A stretch of 64,000 nucleotides of DNA, from contig NIVC01001678.1 in NCBI GenBank assembly GCA_002269645.1, forward strand, positions 62,001 through 126,000, given 5' to 3'. Below, in pieces: positions 10,639-23,065 of this stretch; within the stretch, counting starts at the first letter, position 1; every line of letters begins with the position of its first letter. Source of the stretch: Macrostomum lignano. Taxonomy: Eukaryota. Made by a program: the position numbers and the translations under genes. Under the pieces are notes generated by a model. The model was given only the letters and a program-made list of their open reading frames with translations. It searched no databases and was not told the DNA's origin.

Positions 10639-13306
10639 GTAAGAAGAGAAACGAGTGTGTAGTAATTTTTTTCAGACAATAGGGCATTGCTTTTGCAGGA
10701 CAATCATCCAAATAAAAGCACAAATTCAAAAACATCTTACCCTTTTTTCGCAAAATACCCTGTCCTGTAACTTTAGCCACCAAACTCCTAGGTCCTTACA
10801 GCACTAATCACTAATTGAGCTGAGCATTGATTGATCCTGAATCAGGAATAACGTATGCTGCAGGGAGCAGCAAAGCTCAGTTCTTTGATGTGAAAGCTAC
10901 CCCGATCACCTAGAAAGAGATAAGCAATAATCAGATTTAAAGTATTAAAAAAGAATGCACTCCGGGTTCCTGGCTTAAGGCTTGGCTTAAGGGTTAGAAA
11001 ATTCGAGTATTGTAAAAATTTTAAATAAGCCCTCGAATCTAATAAAGCTAAGTCATTAGCATTTTTATTAAAAATATTTTTGGTAACTGATTTATTATGC
11101 TTTATGTAACTGTTTGCACAACCGTAAAAAAATCCCCCTATTTTTAAAGACTGCATTTGTTAATATCCACTGCACAAAAGTTTTACGTTTTTTAAACTTA
11201 CGAATTAGTGAGCTTTTTTGAAGGAAGTTTGAAGGTCAATATTGTTATTTCCTAATTTAGACAATATAAAGTAGCGAGGTATTTGCAAAACTAAGAATTT
11301 TTAATCGGTCTGTTGTGTTGCAGTTAAAGCGTATCAAATTTTACCTTCGCTTCAACTGTTTCTTGTTTTTTAATTTCTACAATGACACAAATGGTTCATT
11401 CGAAAGCTAAAGCTTTAGAAATATTAAAGCTTGATCCAAGTAAGTTTTCTTAAACCATCCCCTCTTGTGCCGTGGCTAAACTTGCATATGCCATATGAGG
11501 GGGGAGTATTGTAATTTTAATCTTATTTGGGGCTTATTTTTGGCCAGCCTAAAAAGTTGGGCCAATCTGCCCCCCGCCCCAACTTAAAAATCCTGGATCT
11601 GCCACTGCATGGAGTGGTGGCCAGTGGGAAGTGTTGGGCAAAGTTTTAGCACTTCTGGCACTTTCAGTACCAGAAGTTACTATTTCTTTAAGTGGCACTT
11701 TTTGGTTCGTTTTTTAGAATGCCAGACTTAGCATTAGCAGTCACTTAGGTAATGAAAGTTAATTTTTGATAAGTCTAATACACACAGTAGGTCACTGGTC
11801 AGATCGTCATATTCCATTTCGTCATATCAGATGACAAAGTGACCAGAAGCAAAGAAGCTTGAAAAATAATATGACAAAGTGACCAAATATTTTGTTTTAC
11901 TGGATACTTTGTCATCAACCAATCAATCTGTGCATGATTTGAGTTAGTGTAAACTAACACTTTTTTGTTTAATAACTAAAAGCTGCGGCAAGCAGAACCG
12001 ATCTATTGACAGGTTTTATCAATCAAGATGACAAAATGATTGGGATCATTAGGATTCCAAGTAAATATATTTAATTGCCACAATAATTCACTAATATGAT
12101 TGGTGGATAACGAAATGACTTTCTTCAGGTAGTGCATGGTAATTAAGATGACGAAGTGACCATAGTTGAGGTGAGCACCCCAGACACCTAGATGACGAAA
12201 TGGCAGATGACAAAATGACTAGGAACCACACAGTACATCCGGTAATTGAAAAAGAAAACTTAGGTGCTTAACTGCCAATTTAGCACTGAATATAGGCCTA
12301 TCCTTAAAAAACAAAACTTTAAAAAACAATTATTAAAAAATAAATTATAAATTATATGGTTTTTGCTTTTTAAGTTATTTGCATAATTTAAACATTATAA
12401 AATCATGAATAAAAGAATTATTGGTATCTACTTGAATAAGGTTATAGAATGATAGCTCCAGTGAAATAAAAAAAGATTAACTAACTTAGGCTTTGATAAG
12501 CTATGAACTTAACCTTGTGATGCCAAAATTAAGAGTGTGTAATTAAATTTTCTATGAGGAATTACAAAGTATTTTTTATGCATTATTGTTTCTTTTGCTT
12601 ATAAATTATTTTGCATAACCCAACTAATGCAAAAAGACATTCAGACAAATATATCCTGGCTTAACAACAAGCTTAAACAATGAAATATTTATTTAAATAC
12701 TTTTAACTGGCAGTTCTTTAAAACTAGAAAGGATTAGTAATACTAATAGAAGTACCGAAGTACCAATAGTTACTTTTAAAACAGATGCCAGAAGTTATTT
12801 TTCTTGGAATCAAAATTGTTTTTTAATTTCTACAATGACACATTGATAACTAAGAACAAACCTGCCCAATACTATTAGTAAGTGTTAGAGGTAGATAAGA
12901 TTAAAGTGATTGGGCAAGTTTGGGAATACTTTTTTTGTAGGTTTAAAATTGGGATCAGATCTTTCAATGTGCTACAGTTTGTAGGTCTATATAGAGTTGT
13001 AGAAAAGAGATATACAATGATATAGACAAAAATATCAGCTATTAAAATTGAAATATAGAAATATTGATTGATTGTGATAAGCTAGTAATAAATAGGGTAA
13101 TTATGTAATAAATATAAGTTAAAACAAAATATAGTCAAGTAATGATTCATTCTACAAATTTTGAATCAAACAACCTATTCTCTACTCCTATTTTAAAGGT
13201 TGGGAATTTTGGGATCTTAAAATTTTTAAGAATATGATCAGCTAAAATTCAACTCAAATTTTGTTTAAGTCTTATGTCAATTTATTGATATGATAAAATA
13301 GTCCTA

Positions 13307-14837
13307 TCCTATATACTAAGAATGAGTTGTCTGTGGGTATGCGATAGATTTAAGAAAAATTAGCTCAACCAATTTTCTTCAAACTTGCACCATTCGATCA
13401 GAAATTTTCCTGGGATGGTACATGCATCCTGGCTAAGAAATTGCTCAATGTTAAAGGGATTAAATATAAAAAAACATGCTTTTTTTGCAAAGGTCAAGCA
13501 ATTTTTTTGGCAAAAGCCAAAGCCAAACTCTTATTGAAATGAGATAGCCTAGATGTGAATAGACTAGGCTACTAATGTAGTGACCTGGGTTCAAATCTTA
13601 GTAGTGCAAAATCATTTTTTTAAAAACACCTTAAAACACAAAATGCTAAACATAAAACAAGCAAAATGTCAAACATCAAAAATGGCACCATGTCAAACAT
13701 AAAAGTGGCACCATGTCAGACATAGAGCCACCATGTCAAATATAAAAGAGCCATCATGTCAAAAATAAAAGAGCCACCATATCAAACATAAAAGAGCCAC
13801 CATGTCAGACATAAAAGAGCCACCATGTCAAACAAAAGAGCCACCATGTCAAACATTAAAGAGCCACCATGCTAAACATAAAAGAGCCACCATGCCAAAG
13901 TGCCAAACATTAAAGAGCCACCATGTCAAACGTTAAAGAGCCACCATGTCAAACATAAAAGAGCCACTATGCAAAATATAAAAGAGCCACCATGTCAAAC
14001 ATAAAAGAGCTACCATGTCAAACATAAAAGAGCCACCATGTCAAACATAAAAGAGCCACCATGTCAAACTTAAAAGAGCCACCATGTCAAACAAAAAAGC
14101 CACCATGTCAAACATTAAAGAGCCACCATGCCAAACATAAAAGAGCCACCATGCAAAACATAAAAGAGCCATAATGTTGAACATTATAGAGCCACCATGC
14201 CAAACATCAAAGGGCCACCATGTCAAACATTAAAAAGCCACCATGTCAAACAATAAAGGCCACCATGCAAAACATGAAAGAGCCACCATGTCGAACATAA
14301 AAGAGCCACCATGTCAAACATAAAAGAGCCACCATGCCAAACATTAAAAAGCCACCATGCCAAACATAAAAGAGCCACCATGTCAAACATAAAAAAGCCA
14401 CCATGACAAACATATGTGCCTCCATGTCAAATGTTAAAGAGCCACGTTGTCAAACAGTAAAGGGCCACCATGTAAAACATATAAGAGCCACCAAGTCAAA
14501 CATATACGTGACTCCATGTCAAACATTAAAGAGCCACCATGTCAGACAACTGAGCCACCAGGTCAAAAATAACAGAGACACCATTTTAAATGTAAAAGGG
14601 CCGCCATGGCAAACATAGAAGAGCCACCATGTCAATATTAAAGAACCCATGTCAAACATAGAAGAGCCACCATGTCAAACATTAAAGAGCTATCATGTCA
14701 AACACAAAAGAGCCACCATGTCAAACATAGAAGAGACGCCATTTCAAACATAGAAGAACAACCGTTTAAAACATAAAAGGAAGTGTCATGCCATACAAAA
14801 TGGAGCCACTATTAAGCTAAGGAACTTATTGCACTAG
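13307..14837 (+). mobile_element. Helitron-like non-autonomous repeat containing a tRNA-like segment and a ~23-bp minisatellite
   Basis: Begins a|TCctatatactaagaatgagttgtctgtgggtatg and ends near CTAG at 14834-14837. Homologous, in inverted orientation, to 46516-47267 (shared gctaagaaattgctcaatg...catgctttttttgcaaaggtcaagc). Minisatellite aaacataaaagagccaccatgtc at ~13660-14810. Confidence 0.55.
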
Positions 14838-14849
14838 CTACTTGTTCTC

Positions 14850-15350
14850 TGGTGGATGTTTGCTATTTAAGGATGGATACTTGCTATCAGGGGGATGCTT
14901 GCTATCTGAGAGATGCTTGCTATCTGAGGGATGCTTGCTATTGGGGGGATGCTTGCTATTGGAAAAATGCTTGCTACTGGGGTAACTTGCTATTGAGAGA
15001 TGCTTGCTCTTGGGGGGTGGAGGGTACTTGCTATCTGAGAGTGGGTTGCTAGATATCTATAAGGTCTCTTTGTGTCCAGGTTATGCTTGCTATCTGGGGT
15101 TGCTTGCGGTCTGGGGAATGCTTGCTATTTGGGGGATGCTTGCTATCTGAGGATGCTTGCTATCTGGGGTCTGGGGAATGCTTGCTATCGGGGGTCTGGG
15201 GAATGCTTGCTATTGGGGGTATGCTTGCTATCTGGGGGATGCTTGCTATCTGGGGGATGCTTGCTATCTGGGGGATGCTTGCTATCTGGGGGATGCTTGC
15301 TATTTGGGGATCGATGCTTGAATGCTGTCTAGGGATGCTTGCTATCTTGG
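14850..15350. repeat. ~18-bp minisatellite (ggggatgcttgctatctg)
   Basis: Degenerate tandem units directly after the Helitron-like repeat. Confidence 0.85.
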
Positions 15351-16210
15351 GATGTTTTGTTTTTAGAGGGAATGTCTGTTGCTTTTTTATAAAAGCTTTA
15401 TTTTGCTGTCTATTTGTTATTTGTCTTGGAGTCTTTATTTGTAAAGAACAAGGATTCTATCCAGATGTCCCCCATCGGCAAAGATTGCTAGTAGATAACC
15501 TAAAAACTTATCAATGACAATTAGCTGTCTCTGGCTTTAATAGTTATCCAATCATTAGTGCCAACAAAATAGAATATTAGTTTCAATAAAATGAATTTGT
15601 CTAATATAGTATTTTGTGTCAACTAGATAAAAAAGAATTTATTACCATTGCACCCACTATCCTACCCTCTCCCATGACAATAATAAAATTGAATGCACTA
15701 GTTGTATACATACAAAAATTTTTATCCCATTGAAAAAAATGTACCATTGTTAAAATAGAACCAGAATTCACTTTTGTTAAAATAGAACTAGAATTCAATT
15801 TTGTTAAAATAAAACTAGAAAACCATGCAATATGGCAATGGGCCTAGATAAATCATTTAAGTTTGTCATTTATCTATGGTAGCATTTACTTTGCCACTCC
15901 AAGGTTCATTTAAATTGTTGCAAAATTGTCCTATTGGGTCCAATTGTATTTAAATTTCTTTAAATATATTTAAATATTAAATATATTTAGCTTGGCTTAT
16001 CTGAAATAACAAGGTAAAAAGTCAATGGCCTAAGACCTAAAATTGGCCATTTTTGCCATTATTCTTGTGTATTGAACATATAAATTTTGTTGTTTAATAC
16101 AATAACAAATTCTGGAGTCTTAATCAGTTGGTATTTGTGGCAAACTTTGTAGGCTTATTTGTATGTTTGGCTTGGTAATGTTAATAATAATATCTCTAAA
16201 CAACTTTTAG

Positions 16211-18351
16211 ATGCATTGCTCACTCCAGCAGATATTAAGGCTGCTTATAAAAACCAGGCTATCCAGTTGCATCCTGAAAGACTCAATCAGTCTGAATTGG
16301 AGATTGTTGCCTCTGTAAGTTGAAATTCAGAGACTTGTATAATTGTATTGATAATGTAAACATTAACTTTTCAGTATTTTTTGCTATTTTTTCTCTTATT
16401 TCTTTGTAGAAATTTCGGCTACTGACATTGGCTTTCAAAAAGCTAACAGGTACAGAACAGGAGGTGAAAGATTTGGATGAAAAGTTTAAGGATCCAATGT
16501 TTATGTGGTACCTGTTCAGTGCTCTATTTGATGAAGATGGTAAGTTTACGAGCGTATGCTTGTTAAAATTTAATGCATTAGTATTGAATTAAATACATAC
16601 TTGTTGACATTTATCTAACTGGCATTGTTGCAGTTCCATCTGACTCCGATACAAGTGACGATGATGATTATGGTAAGTGATTGAAAAGAAGTTTTTAATT
16701 AATATATGATTTCCTTTATTTCATGTTAGAAATTGGGCTTTCTACAAACTATTTGCTCAACTTTCTCATTCCCCATCAGACTACCATCGTCCATGGCAGC
16801 TAAATGGTCATGGCGCTGCGTCCCAGTCATCGGAGTCCAATGACCATCGCAGTCCGACATATCATAATAGAGAAAAAGTGATAAGAACTGCTGAGGTAAA
16901 CTGGTTTTACCACCTTTGCCCTTGATTTGGCTGAGTTTCTGCTTTAGAATGCGTTCCTACACCCTCAGTGCTTGAGAATCTGCCTCTCCCATTCCCTCAG
17001 TGCTTGAGAATCTGCCTTTCCGCTCTCACTCAGTGCTTGAGAATCTGCCTCTCCGCTCTCCCTCAGTGCTTGAGAATCTGCCTCTCCGCTCTCAATCAGT
17101 GCTTGAGAATCTGCCTCTCCGCTCTCCCTCAGTGCTTGAGAATCTGCCTCTCCGCTCACTCAGTGCTTGAGAATCTGCCGCTCCCATTCCCTCAGTGCTT
17201 GAGAATCTGCCTCTCCCATTCCCTCAGTGCTTGAGAATCTGCCTCTCCATTCCCTCAGTGCTTGAGAATCTGCCTCTCCATTCCCTCAGTGCTTGAGAAT
17301 CTGCCTCCCCATTCCCTCAGTGCTTGAGAATCTGCCTCTCCGCTCTCCCTCAGTGCTTGAGAATCTGCCTCTCCATTCCCTCAGTGCTTGAGAATCTGCC
17401 TCCCCATTCCCTCAGTGCTTGAGAATCTGCCTCTCCGCTCTCCCTCAGTGCTTGAGAATCTGCCTCTCCATTCCCTCAGTGCTTGAGAATCTGCCTCCCC
17501 ATTCCCTCAGTGCTTGAGAATCTGCCTCTCCGCTCACTCTCGCACCCCAATGCGCCGGTCCGCAGGAAGCAGAAAAGAATGCCAACGAGCTGATTGAGGC
17601 CGAGGAGCAGAGAAAGGAGCAGCTGCTTAAACGAGATGAAAAAAAGCGAAAAAAGAGAGAAAAAAAGCTGCGCAAAAAGCAAAATCTTGAGCTGCAATCG
17701 TCTTTTGCTAATGCGAATGGCAGCGGTGGTCACCATGGAAAAGGTGGCTTATCTCACGAAGCTGGCAGTTCAAACGGATCTGCAGACCACGGTGAAAACA
17801 ATACAGATGGAAATATAGAAGAGGTTAGTGCGCATTTGTTCAAATTTACTTGGAACTTTATTCAACCTATTTACACATGCTACTTTCTCTACTCTAAGTA
17901 GCTATATAAGAGACGAGCTTTTTGTCGTCTATTGATGAAAATAATAAATTTTGAACTTTTGTAATACCCTACTAATAGTAGTCGAAAAAAGGGTTGAATA
18001 ACAAATCAATTTCTTTCTCGATCTACTTTTTAAATTCTTTAGGAAAATTTCGACTCAAACAGCGCATTTGTCGTGTCTGGTATAAAATCCGGTGGGTCGC
18101 TATCCACTAATTATGACAAGCAGCCGCTACAGCAGCAGCAACAGCCAATATATCCTGTTGATAGTGTACAAGCTGTCAATCAATTGTCTACCCAGCTTCA
18201 TCGTCAGCATCTTCATCAACATTATCATCAGCAGCAGCAGCAGTTGCAGCCGATTGTTCCCCAGTCGTTAGCTTTCGTATCTGAGTCGTCTGAGCCGCCG
18301 AAACCGAAGCCCCGACCGCGGCAAATTCATCTGCTTCAGCAGCAGCAGCAG

Positions 18352-18383
<32 letters not shown>

Positions 18384-21297
18384 GCAACAGCAACAGCAGC
18401 CAATAGCTAACCCTACAGTAGAGCCCATAGCCACATCCCGTGAACTGGCTAAAGCTGCTAATGCGTGCATGGCTGCTGGCGAGCTAAACAGGGCCCTGCA
18501 ATTATATTGCAATGCTATTAGTTTGAATCCCACCGACTGTCGCTACTATGGCAGCAGGGCCGCTTGTTTGTATCAGTTGGACAGATTTCAGGTTAGTTGG
18601 TACACTGCTAATCAACAATACAGTGGCATTTCTTAGAACTGGATTGAATTCAATATCTGAAAAATTGGAATTGTAAGCCACTGAAGCACCTGAGGGTTAA
18701 AAGCAATTCACTCAAGTACCTGTGAGTTAGAGGCAACCTATTGAAGGCCCTGAAGGTTAGAGGCAACCCACTGAAGCACCTGAGGGTTAGAGGCAACCCA
18801 CTGAAGCACCTGAGGGTTAGAGGCAGACAACCCACCGAAGCACCTGAGGGTTAGAGGCAACCCACTGAAGCACCTGAGGGTTAGAGGCAACCCACTGAAG
18901 CACCTGAGGGTTAGAGGCAACCCACTGAAGCCCCTGAAGGTTAGAGGCAACCCACTGAAGCACCTGAGGGTTAGAGGCAACCCACTGAAGCACCTGAGGG
19001 TTAGAGGCAACCCACTGAAGCACCTGAGGGTTAGAGGCAGACAACCCACCGAAGCACCTGAGGGTTAGAGGCAGACAACCCACCGAAGCACCTGAGGGTT
19101 AGAGGCAGACAACCCACCGAAGCACCTGAGGGTTAGAGGCAACCCACTAAAGCACCTGAGGGTTAGAGGCAACCCGCTGAAGCACCTGAAGGTTAGAGGC
19201 AACCCACCGAAGCACTTAAGGGTTAGAGACAACCCACTGAAGCACCTGAAGGTTAGAGGCAATCCGCTAAACTGACAAATTCCAGGAATGCCTAACAGAC
19301 GCCAACGAGGCCGTCCGCCTCAGCCCTGTCTACGCCCGCGGATTCTACATGCGCGGCCTGGCCCAGCTGCGCCTGGAGCAGCCGGCCGAGGCCTGCGCCA
19401 GCTTTGCCCACGTGCTGGCGATCGACCCGAACAGTTCAGACGCGGCCGCTAGGCTGAACGAAGCCAAAAAACTTCAGTTAGAGTCCATGGGTTTTACAGC
19501 CGCTCGGTGCGAGGAAGCTTTGAATAGAAATAATGGCAACATGCAGCTGGCCGCTGACTGGCTGATGACGGTGGCCACCGCCGCCTCGCCTCACGGGAAT
19601 GTACAGCCTCGGACCGCCGTGCCAGCTGTTTCCCAGCAGGTGAGGCTTCTAAAGTTGCTGGAGCTTGTATCGTCTGTGAAAATTGTATAGTTTGTGAAGA
19701 TCCTATAGTTTGTGAAGATTCTATAGTTTGTGAAGATTCTATAGTTTGTGAAGATTCTATAGTTTGTGAAGATTCTATATAGTTTGTGAAGATTCTATAT
19801 AGTTTGTGAAGATTCTATAGTTTGTGAAGATTGTATAGTTTGTGAAGATTCTATAGTTTGTGAAGATTGTACAGTTTGTGAAGATTGTATAGTTTGTGAA
19901 GATTGTATAGTTTGTGAAGATTGTACAGTTTGTGAAGATTGTATAGTTTGTGAAGATTGTATAGTTTGTGAAGATTCTATAGCTTGTGAAGATTCTATAG
20001 TTTGTGAAGATTGTACAGTTTTTGAAGATTCAATAGTTTGTGAAGATTCGATAGTTTGTGAAGATTCAATAGTTTGTGAAGATTCTATACTTTGTGAAGA
20101 TTCTATAGTTTGTGAAGATTCTATAGTTTGTGAAGATTGTACAGTTTGTGAAGATTGTATAGTTTGTGAAGATTCAATAGCTTGTGAAGATTCTATAGTT
20201 TGTGAAGATTGTACAGTTTTTGAAGATTCAATAGTTTGTGAAGATTCGATAGTTTGTGAAGATTCTATAGTTTGTGAAGATTCGATAGTTTGTGAAGATT
20301 CAATAGTTTGTGAAGATTCTATAGCTTGTGAAAATTGTATAGTTTGTGACGATTGTATAGTTTGTGAATATTCTATAGTTTGTGAAGATTGTATAGTTTG
20401 TGAAGATTGTATAGTTTGTGAAGATTGTATAGTTTGTGAAGATTCTATAGTTTGTGAAGTTTGTATAGTTTGTGAAGATTGTATAGTTTGTGAAGATTCT
20501 ATAGTTTGTGAAGATTCTATATAGTTTGTGAAGATTGTATAGTTTGTGAAGATTGTATAGTTTGTGAAGATTGTATAGTTTGTGAAGATTGTATAGTTTG
20601 TGAAGATTCTATAGTTTGTGAAGTTTGTATAGTTTGTGAAGATTGTATATTTTGTGAAGATTCTATAGTTTGTGAAGATTCTATATAGTTTGTGAAGATC
20701 CTATAGTTTGTGAAGATTCTATAGTTTGTGAAGATTGTATAGTTTGTGAAGATTCTATAGTTTGTGAAGATTCTATAGTTTGTGAAGATCACTTTCACTT
20801 GCGATCACTCAATATGTCGGATTGGTTCAAAATGCTCCATTCTTTCATCGCCTCGCCCTCTGCAGGCCCGTCCATCATCAGCGGCTCAATCGTACACAGC
20901 TGCAGCCAAATCTTCCTATGCTCAAGCCATCGGGCAGAGCAAGCCGCAGCTGCAGCATCATCAGCAGCCGCTATCTCAGCAGAAAAATAACTATAACTCT
21001 CATTCTCCGACCGAGCAGCAACCGCAGCAGGAGCAGCAACAAACAGAAATGAAAATCACCGCTCTGTGGGTTGGCAACGTCATGCCTGACGTCAGTGAAG
21101 AGCAGCTGTGCGCCGCTTTCGCCCGTCACGGCAGCGTCGTATCGGCCAGGCTGCTCAGGCAGTCCTGCTGCGCTTTTGTCAACATGCGCAGCCAGGAGGA
21201 CGCCAGGCGGGCCATGATGGCGCTGAACGGCCAGGCGGTTGGCTCCCGACGGCTGCTGGTTAAGTTCAGTGCTAGTGGGCCGAAGAAGGGGCCGTGA
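16211..21297 (+). CDS. TTC31: TTC31-like protein: J-domain-like (HPE) / coiled coil / polyQ / TPR / UBA / RRM (exons 2-9; first exon uncertain)
   Basis: Exons 16211-16314, 16410-16539, 16634-16672, 16780-16895, 17566-17823, 18043-18591, 19286-19639, 20866-21297, all GT-AG with consistent phases. Motifs: TAEEAEKNANELIEAEEQRK and ENFDSNSAFV (TTC31-type); TPRs (ALQLYCNAISLNPTDCRYYGSRAACL, GFYMRGLAQLRL); UBA (LESMGFTAARCEEALNRNNGNMQLAADWL); RRM (ALWVGNV, CAFVNM); J-like DIKAAYKNQAIQLHPER...KFRLLTLAFKKL. Confidence 0.85.
16965..17540. repeat. 31-33-bp intronic minisatellite (ctcagtgcttgagaatctgcctctccattcc)
   Basis: Within TTC31-like intron 16896-17565. Confidence 0.95.
18670..19270. repeat. 30/34-bp intronic minisatellite (cccactgaagcacctgagggttagaggcaa)
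   Basis: Within TTC31-like intron 18592-19285. Confidence 0.95.
19680..20790. repeat. 18-bp intronic minisatellite (tatagtttgtgaagattc)
   Basis: Within TTC31-like intron 19640-20865. Confidence 0.95.
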
Positions 21298-21429
21298 ATG
21301 TCGGGTAGTCATGATGAGGACAGGGATTGCTGGTTTTATTGCTATCGCATCGTCAGATCCATGCTTCAATTAGCCAGGCTTTGTAGCACTTTTCATTTCT
21401 CATTATTATGGTTAGATACTCGAGATCAG

Positions 21430-21840
21430 ACTGGGCCACTGCCGCCCTTCCCAGATCCTTAGGTGCTGGGCCAGCCTCCCAGATCCCCAGTTGCTGGGCC
21501 AGCCTCCCAGATCCTCAGTTGCTGGGCCAGCCTCCCAGATCCTCAGTTGCTGCTGGGCCAGCCTCCCAGATCCCCAGTTGCTGGGCCAGCCTCCCAGATC
21601 CCCAGTTGCTGGGCCAGCCTCCCAGATCCCCAGTTGCTGGGCCAGCCTCCCAGATCCTCAGTTGCTGGGCCAGCCTCCCAGATCCCCAGTTGCTGGGCCA
21701 GCCTCCCAGATCCCCAGTTGCTGGGCCAGCCTCCCAGATCCTCAGTTGCTGGGCCAGCCTCCCAGATCCCCAGTTGCTGGACCAGCCTCCCAGATCCCAG
21801 TTGCTGGGCCAGCCTCCCAGATCCTCAGTTGCTGGGCCCC
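21430..21840. repeat. 28-bp minisatellite array 1 (cccagatcctcagttgctgggccagcct)
   Basis: Tandem units downstream of the TTC31-like stop codon. Confidence 0.95.
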
Positions 21841-23065
21841 TCCTGTCATATAGACAAATGTGAGCAGTGCTACCGGGCTTCCATAGTCAATATGTGCTGC
21901 GCTTAAACAGGTACTGAATTTATCATTTTGATTATTCAATAATTTTTTTAGATTAAGGCCGTAGAAAATGAGTGGTTCGATGTTTCAGCAGTAGACACAG
22001 GCAGTTGTCTTTAAACCCAACATGCCTTCGCAGTGTTCTTATTTCTAATGCTGTCTGCTGTTAAGCTTGTAAGAAATTCCATTTGCTTGGATTGTTTTTC
22101 GACATGTTTGATAACTCTTTTGTTTGAATATCTTGGAAAACCACCGTCTGTAACCTGTCTGTCAGGAGTATCCCAGCGTATTTATTTGTTTTAGCATTCA
22201 TACAATAATTTAATGCTTTGTTTTGCTCTGATGCTATTTTTGTAAGCTTGTTAAGCTATTTTTTCAAATCTATAAAACTCAAGGACTGCAACTATTAAAA
22301 TAGAAGGACGGGTAAACCACGAATTTTAGAAAGTGTTAAGGAGGCTGGTTTTTGCCGAAAAATATACTACAGAGATAAGAACTGTCACCTTTTTTCAGAT
22401 TAAAATCGTTATTGCTTTTGATAGGAGGCAGACCCAGTGATCATCTTTTGGTATGTTTGGCCTTTCAAAGCTGTTTGTTCAGAAAATAAGGACTCTTTGT
22501 TTATTTATTATTCTACGCACATGCCCTGCTTTTGGTTTTATGCATCAATTTGATCATCTCTGTTGCACATATTGTTACAGTCAGCTAAGAATAAAAATTA
22601 ACATATATAGAATCCTAATTTTCTGAACAAAAAGCTTTATTAATATCAATAGAGCTATAAGGCAGAAGAAAATTACCTTCCTGTCCTTCTAGTTGAGTTG
22701 TCCTTGAGTAGTTCAACAAGATACTTCCCTTCTTATCCAAGTATTAAAGCCTTATGTTTTACGAGTGTGTTTTATTTTTTGTCAAAGCGTTTGCTCGTTC
22801 TGATGTTTTTAAATAACAGCCTGAAATTTGTAGACCTGTGCCGTGGCTTGAAACTTTTTAATTTTTGCGGCCTTTTCTACCTGCTTCAGTTGGATGCTTT
22901 TTTGTTTTTTTGGTCTGGGCGCTGCTCTGTTGTTTTCCTTCAGTTTCGTTGGTCACTGTTTTTTGTCTTCTTTGTACCAGTTTATGGGGATTTGTTGATT
23001 CCATTCTGTGATTATGCTGCGTCACTACTTTAATCATATGCTGCGGTTGTTGAGTTTGGACATAC

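Noticed and set aside
11770-12230. MITE built from gatgac(a/g)aa(a/g)tgac subrepeats
   Set aside because: The motif recurs in both orientations, but I could not define matching termini or a TSD.
13541-13605. Functional tRNA gene
   Set aside because: The boxes and anticodon arm are only partly retained, I could not form an acceptor stem, and it sits inside a dispersed repeat.
16211-16314. ATG at 16211 as the start of the TTC31-like gene
   Set aside because: That frame stops early in the next exon. The J-like frame needs a phase-1 upstream exon.
21900-23060. Coding exon or retroelement fragment on the - strand
   Set aside because: Only ~45-55-codon open stretches with stops in all frames. 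No RT, endonuclease or other motif was recognised.
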